Origin: Octopus vulgaris
Lineage: Eukaryota
Length of the DNA stretch: 64,000 nt
Assembly (NCBI GenBank): GCA_951406725.2
Contig: OX597817.1
Span: 69,936,001 to 70,000,000, forward strand
Direction: 5' to 3'
Position numbers and translations under genes: made by a program. Shown one piece after another: positions 1 through 13,194 of this stretch (its first letter is position 1; every line of letters begins with the position of its first letter). Below the pieces are notes generated by a model. It ran no database searches and was not told the origin of the DNA. It saw nothing but the letters and a program-made list of their open reading frames with translations.

Positions 1-112
1 AGCAGAAACAGCTGTTAGATGGGATGCAGTCTATTTGTATTGAATTAATAAATAATAATAGATGTAAGTCAATTGTTGTTCATCAATATTTCTCCATTTT
101 CTGTTTTCTTTA
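1..112 (+). mobile_element. PLE-like 3' terminal fragment carrying the 3' half of a hammerhead (5' half lies outside the window)
   Basis: GAAAC-AGCT-GTT at 5-16 (palindromic stem III, GUU site). The end 'aattgttgttcatcaatatttctccattttctg' resembles the ends at about 15512-15546 and 28730-28770, and runs into a microsatellite. Confidence 0.4.
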
Positions 113-143
113 TATATGTATGTATGTATTATGTATGTATATA

Positions 144-193
<50 letters not shown>

Positions 194-194
<1 letters not shown>

Positions 195-604
195 TCTTTT
201 ACTCTTTTACTTGTTTCAGTCATTTGACTGCGGCCATGCTGGAGCACCGCCTTTAGTCGAGCAAATCGACCCCGGGACTCATTCTTTGCAATCCCAGTAC
301 TTATTCTATCGGTCTCCTTTGCCGAACCGCTAAGTTACGGGGACGTAAACACACCAGCATCGGCTGTCAAGTAATGCTAGGGGGGACAAACACAGACACA
401 CAAGCACACACACACACATACATATATATATACATATACACGACAGGCTTCTTTCAGTTTCCGTCTACCAAATCCACTCACAAGGCATTGGTCGGCCCGG
501 GGCCATAGCAGAAGACACTTGCCCAAGATGCCAGGCAGTGGGACTGAACCCGGAACCATGTGGTTGGTTAGCAAGCTACTTACCACACAGCCACTCCTGC
601 GCCT
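194..604 (-). mobile_element. Full-length tRNA-derived CORE-type SINE (family 1; resembles octopus OR-type SINEs)
   Basis: Reverse complement of the copy at 58967-59382. Has A/B-box-like head (GTGGCTGTGTGG...GGTTCAGTCC), CORE-like 'cttgggcaagt', internal (TA/TG)n and a (GTAAAAGA)n tail. Confidence 0.9.
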
Positions 605-730
<126 letters not shown>

Positions 731-985
731 TAAGGGCATCGGCATCTAACAGATACTATCATGCTAGATATAGCAGTCAAAAATTGACTCTAAGACCACA
801 TAAAATATTTGAATATTTGATGTGGTCTTAGAGTTAAGTTTTGACTACTATATCTATCATGATGGTATCATTTAGATACCCTTAATTCTAATTCTAATAA
901 TAATTATTACCTATGAGTTTTTTATTCCCATGCTAGCCACTTGATATGATCAGTATTTTAAATAACGATCTTATCCTTATTTATA
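731..985. mobile_element. Fold-back (hairpin) interspersed repeat; palindrome 731-884 with the right arm extended
   Basis: Arms taaggg..ctctaagaccacat / atgtggtcttagag..ccctta. A diverged reverse-complement copy lies at 46808-46975. Confidence 0.75.
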
Positions 986-1042
986 TAAATTTATATTTAT
1001 GCATATATACTTTATTTAAAAGCAGCAGAAATATAACAAAAG

Positions 1043-1080
1043 CTGTTACTCAGAGTTTCACGTTCCCGTTCGTCGGACAG
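1043..1080 (-). ncRNA. Minimal type I hammerhead ribozyme (U4C core variant)
   Basis: Minus strand reads cugu-CCGACGA-acg(ggaa)cgu-GAAA-CUC(u)GA-GUA-acag. Stems I, II and III all pair. Confidence 0.75.
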
Positions 1081-1649
1081 TCCGTGGAATATAAAAAGAA
1101 CATTTTTCTGCTCCTCGTTCTTCCATAAAGAAAAATAATCCGCAACATTCCGTATCAATAAACCACCTTTGTTCCTGAAAGTTGTTTCTTATATTTACTA
1201 CGGATTGCACGAAGCTAACTTTCTTCCTACACCTCGACCTCTGGATCTTACATTTGTGTGTGTGTGTGTGTGTGCGCGCGCGCGTACATATTCACACACA
1301 CACGTATACAAATCAAACAGCTTCAAAAGCTGACATCTTTTGTTGTTCGAAAATGATACAAATGGCAACTAAATTTAAATTTCTTGTAAAATTAGCCGAG
1401 TTTTTGAAGGCACAGAAGAGAATGACAAGAAATGAGCATATATAATGGACTCAGCACTATCTTCTTCACCATCCAACTTTCATATACCTATGGGATTTAG
1501 TCTCCCTCATTCGCAAAATGATCCTCACTTAATTTTGCTCAGATTGTTTTCAATTTTGGTGTATCGATGCAACTCTGAATTTTGACTACGATCAACCACC
1601 TACTCTATCTCGTAAATTAAAGAATCTGATGTTATTTAGAATTAAAGTT

Positions 1650-1824
1650 GAGAAATTTCGGTAATTTTAGCCAATCAACAGACAGCGTGGCATTAGCAGC
1701 TTCTTACCATGACAACCATACGCTGTGTTGTGGGTCACTGTTGTCTGTGCCGCTGTTGTCTGTGTTGATTTTTCACACTTGATTCTTCACACCACGAGAT
1801 TGGCTAAAATTACCCAAATTTCTC
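1650..1824. repeat. 27-bp inverted repeat pair (MITE-like)
   Basis: gagaaatttcggtaattttagccaatc (1650-1676) vs gattggctaaaattacccaaatttctc (1798-1824), one mismatch. Confidence 0.7.
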
Positions 1825-2799
1825 TATTTTTCACACGCGTGTTTTGTTTTATTTTTTCTCTGTGTTAGTATATTACATATTTTTCTGTGCTTCTGGGTGA
1901 AAGCATTTTTACATATTTTTCATTTCATATATTTTGGGGTCTCATTGACTCAGATAGCTGGATTTATGATTTAACAATGTTAACTCTGTTCATAAAAATT
2001 TTAATTAGGAGTATTTATTAAACCGTTAGCTTCGCATTTCAACAGCTTAACTGAAATTTAGCCCACATAACAGGAACTGAGAGGTATGTCGTGGAACAGA
2101 GAAACTGTGGGTGATACAGATTATTTTTGAATTCTGCATGCATTCCTTGGGACGAATTCTTTGTTGACCAGTGTTGTTCTTATCATAGTTTACAAATCCA
2201 AGCATGCAAACGCTACCCAACTTTGGAGTTTTGGAGACAGAAGCCCCGTTCACGCACACACACACAAACATGAATGCACAAATGTACATATAAACTTATA
2301 TATGAATACATACATCCACATGCATTTATATGTTAATGATGTGCACAAATTCATGACAGGTATACATAATACTGAAATACGCATAAAGTAAACACGTGCA
2401 GACAAATATATTAATATAACAAATTAAAAAAAATAATAAAACCGTACAATCAATGAAAAGACAAACGAACAGTTAGATGATACATGTTGATTTTATTAGG
2501 TATTCCTGCTTATTTAGAAACCTACAATAAACAGGTCAAACGCTAAACTCTAAATTTCACAGGGTACAACCTTAAAGTTGACCCCGCTCCACTAAACGCA
2601 GGAAATTTCTGTCTCGCTATTGGCCGAAATTTTACAGTGTTTTCGCTTTCTAAACCTCTGTAACTTTTTTCTTCATTTTTTTTTCTCCACAACATCATGC
2701 CTTCAAAATAATGAGACTGGAAGGCTACGTTATTATAGCTGATTTTCAGATTTTTACTGTCTTTTAAAAAATGCAAATTTTGCGAATGAAAAAAACTAG

Positions 2800-3840
2800 A
2801 TCCTATCTATGTACGAAACTGGGACAGAAATGTCTGTAAAATATTTATTGCCTAAAGGTAATTCAAAAATACACTTTGAAAATAATTTGTCCAGTTTTTC
2901 TCAGCGATCAGTAAACAAGAGACGATCTTTGAGGAGAATAGGGAAACGTATAAAAACAATATCATTGTTAAAAATTATCGATGATATCGCTGAGGACAAT
3001 CACATATTATGTGACAACATACACTGGACAATCGATTTCTGCTTGTATACAGCCCTTATCATTTTGAAAGATACCTACTGTGAATATACTAATGAAATAA
3101 TTAATGTAACAAATGAAGTAGATAACACGTCTATCAAGTAAACAACAAGGTCAGTGCCTTAATGTTGAATATTAAGATACCATTGTCAGGTTATGGGGAA
3201 TAATGAGCTCACAGCGTAAACAAACTACATTGTACACGAATTGAATTAAATGAAGTGAAATTTATTTATCTCAAGCTATTGCGGAGAATTTTATAGCTTC
3301 AAAACACGAACTCAAAACTTCGAGAAGAATGTTTTGTTATTGGAAAAAAAACTACTTTGAGGAACTGGCATTAAACAAAGGTTTACCTTTAATCTGCAAG
3401 CGGATGGCTTGCAAAAGTCATGGGCACAATCTTTTCTCCACAGATCAAACCAATAAAAGAAAGTCTGGTACGGCGTATCGATAAGGGTATAACATCTCAC
3501 TTCAAAAGGTTACATCTGTGCATTTTATGAGTAAAATTCCAGTCAACAACCATTTAAAAAACCCAATAAAAAGCAACAGCTGACAAATGTACTTGATTTA
3601 TATTCTATGCTAAAGTTGTGCTAAATCACTTAGTTATGGGTTATATGGGGAAAAGTCAATATCGTGTGGTTTATTATAGTGAATTATGAATCATAATTAC
3701 AGGCTGATATGTATACACGTCCGTATAAATGTATGTGTAAAAAATTTTCTTTGAATGAAATAGCTGTTTCTGTCAAAGAAATAAAAGCTACATCACTAGA
3801 ACTCAGATAACAAAAATGATAACAGTTGAACTTTAGAACT
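2800..3840 (+). pseudogene. Possible highly decayed piggyBac-like transposase relic
   Basis: Only weak motif resemblance: HILCDN...LKDTYC (cf. HxVYxDNFF...TYxxGT) and a W-x-NN-x-TNY segment; many stops. Confidence 0.22.
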
Positions 3841-3924
3841 TAGCCTTCCATATTGATATTGTTCCACTTACAGATTGTCAAGCAGACAATGAGAAAGGGT
3901 AAGAGAAAGAGAAGAACTGACTTT

Positions 3925-4010
3925 CAGTACAGGATTGGTGCTTTATTTATCTCCCCCGAAAAGATGAAATGCGAAGTTGACCTCAGCGAGATTTGAACTC
4001 AGCACAAAGT
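3925..4010 (-). mobile_element. Degenerate family-2 SINE fragment
   Basis: cccgaaaagatgaaatgcgaagttgacctcagcgagatttgaactcag matches the reverse complement of the family-2 core. Confidence 0.7.
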
Positions 4011-4359
4011 AAGCCAGAACAATTACCTCAAAGCAATCTGTCCGATACTGTCTCCGATGAAAAAGCCGCAATTGTTCTCGCAGTATATGAATGGAAGAAA
4101 AGGCAGAATAAATCTTGTATTCGTTCTTCACACGATCATGAGAGCTTGAACGAGACGCAGGAAGCTCACGAATCACTCGCAGTTTCCACAATGCTACCAC
4201 TGCTCGCAATAGCCACTTCCTTTCACCCTCTGAACCTATTGATAGGCAGCTGAACAGGACTGTTAGCGATTTAAGTTGTCTGCGCCACAGACGCAATGCT
4301 GTGCTTGGCACAAAAGACGAACCAGTGATCTCTCGGACCATTTTGCCCCGACCAGATTC

Positions 4360-4585
4360 AATTCTGTTTCAGCTTAGTTCGGTTCAGATGAGTTCGACTC
4401 ATTTCTTTTCGGCTCGTCTTTTTTTGACCTAGCTCGGCCAAGCCCATCTCCTTTTGGATCCGTTCCGTTCAGCTCATTTCAGATCATTTCGGCTTGATTT
4501 AATTAAGTTCACTACATCTTGTTTCTGTTCGGCTTGGTTCGATTCGGTTCGGCTCAGTTCGGCTACGTTCGGTTCGATTTTGCTG
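4360..4585. repeat. Degenerate pentanucleotide tandem repeat (TTCGG/CTCAG-type)
   Basis: ttcggcttggttcgattcggttcggctcagttcggctacgttcggttcg. Confidence 0.75.
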
Positions 4586-5019
4586 GTTTCCTGTATTTTT
4601 ATTGATTTAGTAAATAGATTCCTCGCTTAAAGTATTAATTTACTACGTAAATTCATTGCTAAAAGATTCGTTACTTGCGCTGTTCACAGCGAGATCTTGA
4701 TTTACGTATTTATTCTTGATACATTCCAGTAGATTCGAACACAAATATTCTAGTCGCTGTATATACATCACAAGAGAACAGCTTTTCCTTTTGATAGTGA
4801 CAATGTGTTCAAAACGCATTTGGCTCATTTGTGCAAGGGATTCTAGGACACCGGTGTTTCAACATGTATTTCGTCAGCCAGAAGTAACCGCGCCTTTATG
4901 CCTAAATAGTACAGTGGCTTTGTTTATAATTTCAGCGAACAAACTATTTACTGTTCAGCACTTTATCGTTGTTGTTTCTGCAGTTATAACTGCTGCTGAC
5001 ACTGAAAGAGTTGGTACTG

Positions 5020-5770
5020 TTGTCTAACATTGACCTGGTACAGGATAATTTTAAACAGCACAATTATTGAGGTTATTCCAACTATGACCATCCCATCATT
5101 TTAAAGGGTATTTAGAGCACTGTTACTCAGTATATCCTTCCCTTTTTCGAAAGCCATTAGAAGGCGTGATTTAAAGAATTAGCTGCTATTTCTAGCAGGT
5201 CAACTGATTACCTTAGAGTAGTTTGAAATAATTTAATTTTAAATGAAGGAAAACGTAAAGTTTAAACAAGAAATTTTTGCTATAAATGAAGTTTATATGA
5301 TTCATTTTCGTTATTAATTTTCTTCTCGGGTGATGTCGCAAATATTAGTTCCAAATATTTGAAATTTCATTAATTTTTTTTTCAATATTTTCTTTCATTG
5401 TAACCAGTTAATTACATATTTTTCTTCTTTTGCTGCGAATGATTTCAGAGACATATTGAAAAAAAAAACCGGTTTTATAATGTTTTATCAAAATTTGGTT
5501 TAAAAAATTAATTGAAATGATTAAATATTATCTTTTATTAGTAGTATAAAGTTGTTGTTGCTGTTGCTGTTATTGATTTTATTGTTTAACCCCAGGTAAA
5601 CTCTGATCGAAGACACCTATGATCAAAGGCCTTCCAATTACGACCATCTCATATTTTTCTTATGTGCAATGAATCCATGTCCACATTATTTAACGTGTCC
5701 TTTTCTAAGACAGTAGGGTGTGATATGATGGATATTTTGCTCCTATTTCTAGCTGGCTGATCGAGTGATG
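5020..5770. repeat. Two diverged copies of an unclassified interspersed repeat (about 5020-5220 and 5585-5770)
   Basis: Shared 'ttccaa(c/t)ta(t/c)gaccatc' and 'ctatttctagc(a/t)gg' blocks. Confidence 0.45.
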
Positions 5771-6084
5771 ATACGTAGAGACAGAGAGAGACAGAGAGAG
5801 ACAGAGACAGACAGAGACAGACAGACAGGCAGAGACAGAGAGAGGGACAGAGAGACTTTTTCTAGTTTGTCAAATTCAGTGTTCTTATAAGGCAACAACT
5901 GCAAAAGGTACTATAAAACAACTTATTTAACTGTAAAAACGTACTATAAGGCAACAACAACTAACTGCCACTCTAAACAGCAAATAGTAATGTATTATTC
6001 AAAGCTACTTGAGGATTCAGCCTAGAGAATGATGGGAATCTGGAGACTCTCACAGATTGGTTTACCTAAAGTACAACACATAGG

Positions 6085-6143
<59 letters not shown>

Positions 6144-6460
6144 AGAATGAAAGGAAGAAAGAAAGAAGGAAGAAAGGTAGAAAAGTAAGAAAGATATAAA
6201 GAAAGAAAAGGACGGTTGAGAGAGTGTGTGAGAGAGAGAAAGAGAGAGGTTTTGGTGCTTGTGTCGTGACCTACCCGAGGTTCTACGATATCGCAATAAA
6301 AATGAGAGCAATTGCGATTTGTACAAAGAACTAGCGTCAAGTACTGAACTCGATTTGATCGACTGACCTTTTCCATCAAATTTGACGCCATGAACTTATG
6401 TTAGAAATAATTTTGGGGGACATAAATTCTAGCTCCTTTCTCTCTGTCTTTGTCTGTCTG

Positions 6461-6493
<33 letters not shown>

Positions 6494-6769
6494 CGTCATT
6501 CATCATGCATTTACTCACTTGTCACAGAAGCATTTTATTATGACATCCGCAGATATATGCACACCCAAAAGATCCTTTATTTATAAAGGGATGTCCCCTA
6601 GTCAATCTAATATATAATACCATTCTAAAAATATAAAATATATCCTTATTAATGCGATCCTTTTCACTGAGACTTTTGTATGTTTCAAGCATATTTTGTA
6701 TTTCATATATTTCAATCATATCAATGTAAAAGTCTAGAGCACAAAAGCGAGGTAAATGAAACGTGAGGG

Positions 6770-8310
6770 ATGAACCGGAACACAAAGATAAAAAAAAAAC
6801 TCGTTACTGGATGTCGGTATTACTTCCAAAAAAGCTGAGCAATGAATATTTATAAGTAGAAACTGAAATATCTGCTCAAGAACAGACTCCATCTAAACCT
6901 TTGACTAAAATTGTTGATCATCAATCAGTTAGCTACAGTATACCAAAAAATCCCACCTGAACGCGAACAAAATTCTTTTCCCTTAAAAGCAAGGCAAAAG
7001 TAAGAATGCATCAAAGGTACAAGGAATGAGTTCATGTTAAAAATTTAATACAGTGGAGTGCTGAAAACATTGAAAATCTGTACAAAAATTACATACTCTT
7101 TTACTCCGAATGGTAGTGAGTTGCGATCTTTATCTTTTCCTCTACATTTTACCACAGCAATCTTTTTTCCAGGTTTTAAACTGAGGAATTACGATTGTGA
7201 AAAGTCTAAGAGACATTACCTATTGTGGAATAGCAAGAAACAAGTCATATTTTGTTTTTAAAGTCATTTCTTTCGAAAAGTTAGGCTTAATGCATCAGCT
7301 TTGACAACAAAGAATGGATGATCGACCAACGAAAATAAAGGAAGTTCTATGACAGAATTTTCTTACCGGAACATAATAACCTGTATATATTGAATTATGT
7401 ATCAACTGGAACAAAGGATTCATTCAAACAGATATATGGAACATTTTCTGCATAAACACGTTGTAGCTTTATTTTATTTTTGGGTGAAAAGGGTTAGCAT
7501 TCTGTACTAACTCTTGTCGGATTAGCGATGTTCTTCTAAATGGGAATTACATTAGATTGGTTGAACTTTTATCTCACTGGAAACACCATTCTTGAAAACC
7601 ATGTCATGGAGGTTAAAGAAAGCCAGGCAAAAGAAGGTTGCAAGCGCATTATTTGTCAGCTGAATCATGAAATTAATTTATTTCACTTTGCTCCGAACTT
7701 GTTTTGAAATTCCCTCTGAAAGATCAAACACAAAATACTATTCAATAATAGCTCGTACAGCACCTTATTACGCATATGTTGAACGTAAAGCATTTATCAT
7801 ACGCTACTTTCAAAATACAGATTGTGAGTTTAAGAATAAAGAAAGATTTGTATCTTTGGAAAACTTGTGAAAAACAGGTTTTGTGATTATATACCAGATA
7901 TAGAAGACACTGAGAAAAATAGCATTCTTTTGGAAGATTGTAGAGGTCTAGGTCATAACAATGACACCAATATGACTGTCACATATAAGGAAGTACAAAG
8001 CTTAATACTTAATGAAACTCTCACCACTATTTTCTCACCATGTGGATGACATCAAATTTGTGTGGTACTGATTCAGCAGAGTACTGCACTGAAGTAATTA
8101 CCTTTTATTGAAAGTATCCTTTTCTGCAATAGTCCCACAACATGGCAAATTCTTATTCAATGAGAATATCAGTCATTGCATCGTACGTCAACTATTCAGA
8201 CTCTAGCTAAATTTGATATTGGGAAATCGGTATAAAATCTCAATAGTATCAAATTGGTCCTGTAGGATATTCTGGAAAGACCTAAACTTTAATTAGCTTC
8301 TCCTTCTCAT

Positions 8311-8353
<43 letters not shown>

Positions 8354-9475
8354 TTATTTATTTATTTATTTATTTATTTATTGACAATGGTTTAGTGAAT
8401 AGCTAACTTGCTTTTCACTTTTTCAGAAGTGCTTTGCATGCTTTCTTTTGCTGCAAAGTTATGCGTAGTATGATTGAAAGAGATATTTCGACTGAGTAAC
8501 GATTCAATGCTGATTTGAGGGGAGACCTTGTGACGTATTTGTTCTGAGATAGTTCTTTATTCGTTGAAGTTCGTTGAATGTATATTCTACTGAGACACTA
8601 GGAAATTCGAATTGATGCACAGAGATTTGAAACGATGACCACGAGTGAGTTAACAAGAATTAAATATATGTCATCTTCCAGGTGCATAGTTATGTCATCC
8701 ATCTGATTCGATATTCTTGCTCCTATTAACATCCTTATCATAGTATTATTGGCAAGATGTGTCATTGCTGTTGTTGAAGTGGACAACTTTCAAATTTTCA
8801 TCGAACACCTGCAGAAAATGCGAGATTAATTTGACATTCAGCTGTCAGAATTAATACATATCGCTAACAGTCTGTACATTGAAATCGAACTAAAAAGCAA
8901 TTGAGAGAACGCGAAAGATTTTTTTTATGAGAACCAGTTAAATGATGAAAGCCAGACAAAAGATCCTGACACATATGCAGAACCATTATTTCGGACATCT
9001 TTTTTTTTTATGACATTGTCGATTCTCTCATTAGTAGTCTAACAAGAAGATTTGACGCTGCACAGAAAATTCCTAGCATTCATGTTGTCACTATCGGAAA
9101 ATCGTTTGACTACAAAGTGCATGTCAGTTGCAGAAATTTGCATTGCTGATATATAAATGACAAAGAACTTTCAAACGAATTAATCGGCATGAGAACTATG
9201 ATACACTGTACCAACTTAATCCCTTGGACTTGCTGAACAAAATATTGGAAAACATCGTTTCAAATCTATGTGATTCACTTCAAATGTCCTAATGTCTCAA
9301 TAGAATATGCATTCAATAAGCTTCAGCTGACAAAGAACTTTCTCGGAACAAACATGTCAGAAGTTCGTGTTATGGCTGCCCCTCGAAATATTTATTTCAA
9401 TCACGTCACGCATAACTTTGCAGAAAAGAAGGCATGCAAAGCACCTCAGAAAAAATTGAAAGCAAGTTAGCCAAT
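6770..9475 (+). pseudogene. Decayed hAT-superfamily transposase (TTF zinc finger / ZMYM1-like type)
   Basis: Motifs in order across frames: RHYLLWNSKKQVIFCF, NGNYIRLVELL, AHYLS, KYYSII, DCRGLGHNNDTNM, IFSPCG, and C-terminal FNKLQLTKNFLGTNMS...FAEKKACK (hATC dimerisation domain). Confidence 0.8.
8395..8790 (-). pseudogene. Inverted second copy of the hAT C-terminal segment, inside the element
   Basis: Reverse complement of about 8395-8640 aligns by eye with 9255-9475 (cgcataactttgcag.aaa.gaa.gcatgcaaagcac; RIKNYLRTN). Confidence 0.75.
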
Positions 9476-10381
9476 CTATAGATCACTGGTAATAAATAGA
9501 TAAATGCAACTATGTTTTCTTTTACTAAATCGTCGGTAAAACAGTTTCACCCAATATGCAAATATTTCTCCCGACTGCTCTGAGTTGGAATGAAAGTGTT
9601 TAGTTAGTTTGTTATTTATCTAGCAGTACGAGCGGTGGAAGTAGCGGTGATTGTCTGCCGCTGGTGATAGTTATGATGTGCTTTCAAACACTATATAGCC
9701 ATAGGAGAGTTTTCTCCCTTGGTAAATTTCACAATATTTGTCTGTTCTAATGGAACATCCACTTTTAAGTGGTGAATATTTCACTTTTGGGTATTGATAC
9801 TACCTCTGTCGCTCTATTGATTATATGCGCGTGCGTGTGTGTGTCTGTGTGTGCGTGCGTGCGTGTGTGTATGTGTCTGTGTGTTTGGATGCATCTATAC
9901 ATATATACATGCATGTATATCTGTATATATACATATACGTCAGTATGTATTATGTAAATATGTATGTATGTATGTTGTATATTTTTGAAGGTTGCTTTTG
10001 TTGGAGAGAGAATAACATATTTCTTCTTAATAAACATCATTTGATTAATTGCTTCGTCTCAGTAGCTATTCACTATTTTCATAAAACAGATCGAAGGATC
10101 TCCCTTCCCTTGCTATTCGAATTAGTACAAACCACTTCAAAAGCCTGCTGCCATTCCTCTCATTCTTATCTAAAGTACAAAATGTAATCCCAGAGTTTTG
10201 CGTTGCTATAGTATACGTAGTAGTAACACGCGTGTTCAATTTAATCTGACTGTTTGCTTACCTTTTGTTATCCTCTATAAAACTTTGTATCTTATGTGTA
10301 TTTACCTAAAAGGTGTACGGTTTTACTTCTATATTCATTTTTTTTCACAACTCTGTATTTAGGATAAAATTAATAAATATT

Positions 10382-10545
10382 GGCACAAGTGTGGGTGTAT
10401 GATAAGAAGCTTGCTTCCCAACCACATAGTTCTGGGTTCAGTTCCACTTCTTGGCATCTTGAGCAAGTGTCTTTTACTATAGCTTCGGGCCGACCAAAAC
10501 CTTGTGAATGGATTTGGTAGACGAAAACTGAAAGAAGCCCGTCGT
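10382..10545 (-). mobile_element. Family-1 SINE, 5' half
   Basis: The text tgataagaagcttgcttcccaaccacatagttctgggttcagttccac...gaaactgaaagaagcccgtcg matches the family-1 head. It reads in the same sense as the 58967 copy, so the strand field should be checked (it may be +). Confidence 0.6.
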
Positions 10546-10594
10546 ATACATATACATAGATACATACACACATTAATATACATAGATGCATACA

Positions 10595-10630
<36 letters not shown>

Positions 10631-10631
<1 letters not shown>

Positions 10632-10745
10632 CACGTGATCACGTGATCGACCAGACCATCAGATGTTGTTACACATCGCTAGTCACAATGCGTTCGCATT
10701 GTTTTAGCCTTCGAATGACGCCACCCCGCTGGCTAAGCGAGCAGG

Positions 10746-10749
<4 letters not shown>
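10631..10749 (-). mobile_element. Isolated 3' tail of the family-3b SINE between (TA)n tracts
   Basis: Reverse complement matches 49812-49905 (ggcctgctcgcttagccagcggggtggcgtc...aacatctgat). Confidence 0.85.
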
Positions 10750-10802
<53 letters not shown>

Positions 10803-10825
10803 GTATGTATATATGTATGTATGTA

Positions 10826-10873
<48 letters not shown>

Positions 10874-11474
10874 TACATACATATATACATACATATATAT
10901 ACATAGTAGCAGAAAGGGAAGAAATTCTATTATCCCCACGCGGTGAACTGTAATATAAATAAGAAATTAAAGAATTGAAGAAGGAAAATGCACACACTTT
11001 ACATAGTTTTAATATATTTTTGAATATATTTTATAAGGTGTTTGTCGATCGGTTTTGCTTTCGCTTATCATGACATGACATTAAAAATATTTTAATTGCA
11101 TAATTTCTTAAGAATTTTTTTGTCCATGTTGTGTGAGGAGTTTATGAATGAAAGATTCAACAAGTAGAAAAATCTAAGGAGAGGTAATTGGTGATCGTTA
11201 TTAGTGTGGGCAGGAGAGGTAATTGCTCATCTTTCAATGGGGCGGGGTTGGGGAATATACACAAAAATTCAAAAGCAAGAGTAGTAGGGAGAAATATGTA
11301 TTGTGATGGGTTTGTAATCGTGAATTAAAATATGTATAGAGATCAAAGTTGGTTATGCGTGCATACTTAGACGTATTCTGTATTTCTCAATGAATAAATT
11401 TTCTTTATTTAAATGTTCTTGTATAGAAATTGTATCTTTGCACTGGTAGAAGGGGAAAAATTTGGTTTGATGTT

Positions 11475-12940
11475 TTAACTTCTCCTCCTCCCACCCTACC
11501 CAAACCAAGCTCTCCATCCCCTACTCCCAATTCCTCCGTTTGCGCAGGCTCTGCAGTGGCAGCCACAACTCATGGCTCGCCACTTCATCCGTCGTGGATA
11601 TCCCCTCACCAATATCCACACAGCCCTTGCCAGAGCACGTTCTGTAGACTGTGCCTCTGCTCTCTTTTCCCGCTCCCATCTGCACCCGCCCCGCATCCAC
11701 CCTACCGTTGCCCTCACCCGTTTCTCCTCACCTACCACTTCTCCCCCTACCCCTCCAATGCACGATTCTCTAAGCCTTCCGGTGATTCCAGTCCGACCCC
11801 TCCATCTCGCACATCTTCCCCAACCTACCTCTTCCTTCCTTCAAACGAGCCCACACCCTGCGGGATCTCCTGGTCTACAGTTTTTTCCCTAACCCTATTT
11901 CCAAACCTGAATCGTTCCCCTGCTCCCGCACACGCTCTCGCACTTGCCGCTACCTCTCCCAAACCACCATCCTCACAGGCACCCATCATCCTCCCAATCG
12001 TATCACTGGCCCCTTTACCTGCACTTCTAGTAACGTCATTTACTGCATCCTCTGCTCTTTCTGCCCTTCTCTGTACAACGGTCAAACGGGATGCCGCTTG
12101 GCTGACGGGTTTGTGGAGCACTTCCAAAACATCAGGCTCAGCAATGACACTCCGGGCTTGTGCCATTTCCGCTTTACCGGTCATTCAATACAACACCTCT
12201 CTGTGTTTGGATTGTCTTTGCACAGCGGCCATCCGGACTTCCACCTTCACCGTGAACAAGAATGAATCTTATCTCTTTGCTCTCTTGCGCCAAATGGGCT
12301 CCACTCCCCTCCTCTCTTCATCTGAGCCCTCTCATCTCTTTATCGGACACCTACTTCCTCTCTTCACTCCTACCACCTTCTCTCTTCATTGACACCACAC
12401 ATCCCATTCCCACATATACCACCCTAGCCCTCCTATTCATCCCCACCCCACTCCACCACACCACACCACTAGCACTGACCACTTCCCAGCACCCACACTA
12501 CACACTATCATCTGCACACTCACACTCCATTATCCGCACACCCACACACACTTTTCAGACGCACACACTTACACATGCACACATCCGCAAGTCAAAGTCA
12601 ATAGCCCCTATGAACACACAAGCATATACACATTCTCACATACACACACGCAGGTGCACCTTTTTTTGGGATCACCAATATTTTATTACCTCACCTTCTT
12701 TCTACCGCACCTGTCAAACCTTTTTTCTTCGCTACCAGTTGCCATGCTTGATCACTAAATCCGCATGTTTGTTTTTCTAAATTCCCTCTCTGTTTATTTT
12801 CTCTTATTCCCTTCTGTTGAAGAGCTTTGGCTCGAAACGTAAAAGACTTTCTTACTTTCCCGAGCGTCAAACTAATACACCTGTTTGTTGTTCATATACC
12901 TATCTTCGTCTTTTGTTTTTCTGAAAATTTCAACTATATA
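11475..12940 (+). mobile_element. 5'-truncated Penelope-like retroelement (Neptune-like): RT thumb, GIY-YIG endonuclease and 3' UTR
   Basis: Frameshifted motifs: SSSHP..KLSIPYSQFLRLRRLCS, MARHFIRRGYP, FKRAHTLRDLLV, FTCTSSNVIYCILCSFCPSLYNGQTGCRLADGFVEH. HHR-like motif in the tail. Confidence 0.88.
12810..12845 (+). ncRNA. Hammerhead-like motif in the PLE tail (A6U variant)
   Basis: cctt-CUGUUGA-a-gagc(uuug)gcuc-GAAAC-GUA-aaag. Confidence 0.6.
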
Positions 12941-13151
12941 TGGATTGTATGTTCGTTTCTCTTTTTGCCATCTGTGATTTTATTTTTGATCTATATAAAT
13001 GAAGATGTTTCCTCCGTCTGGCTGTTTTACTTTCTACAAATCGGGAAGTTACATTGCGGAACAGTTATTTTAATGAATTGTATTTATTTATTACCCGAAA
13101 AGATACAGCTGCACCACTGGATGCTCCCGAACCAGTTGTTGAATGTCCCAC

Positions 13152-13194
13152 TCATGAGGAATCGATGCTAGATATATCGAAACAATTGTCATGA
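13152..13194 (+). ncRNA. Degenerate hammerhead motif
   Basis: ucau-GAGGA...GAAAC-AAUU-GUC-auga. Stem I and palindromic stem III are present, but the core lacks C3U4. Confidence 0.4.

Noticed and set aside
3943-4341. 132-aa minus ORF as an exon
   Set aside because: It runs into a SINE fragment and has no recognisable domain or splice evidence; may be an old LINE remnant.
11430-12392. 320-aa Pro/Ser-rich ORF as a host gene
   Set aside because: It is an off-frame reading of the C-rich PLE; the conserved motifs are mostly in other frames.
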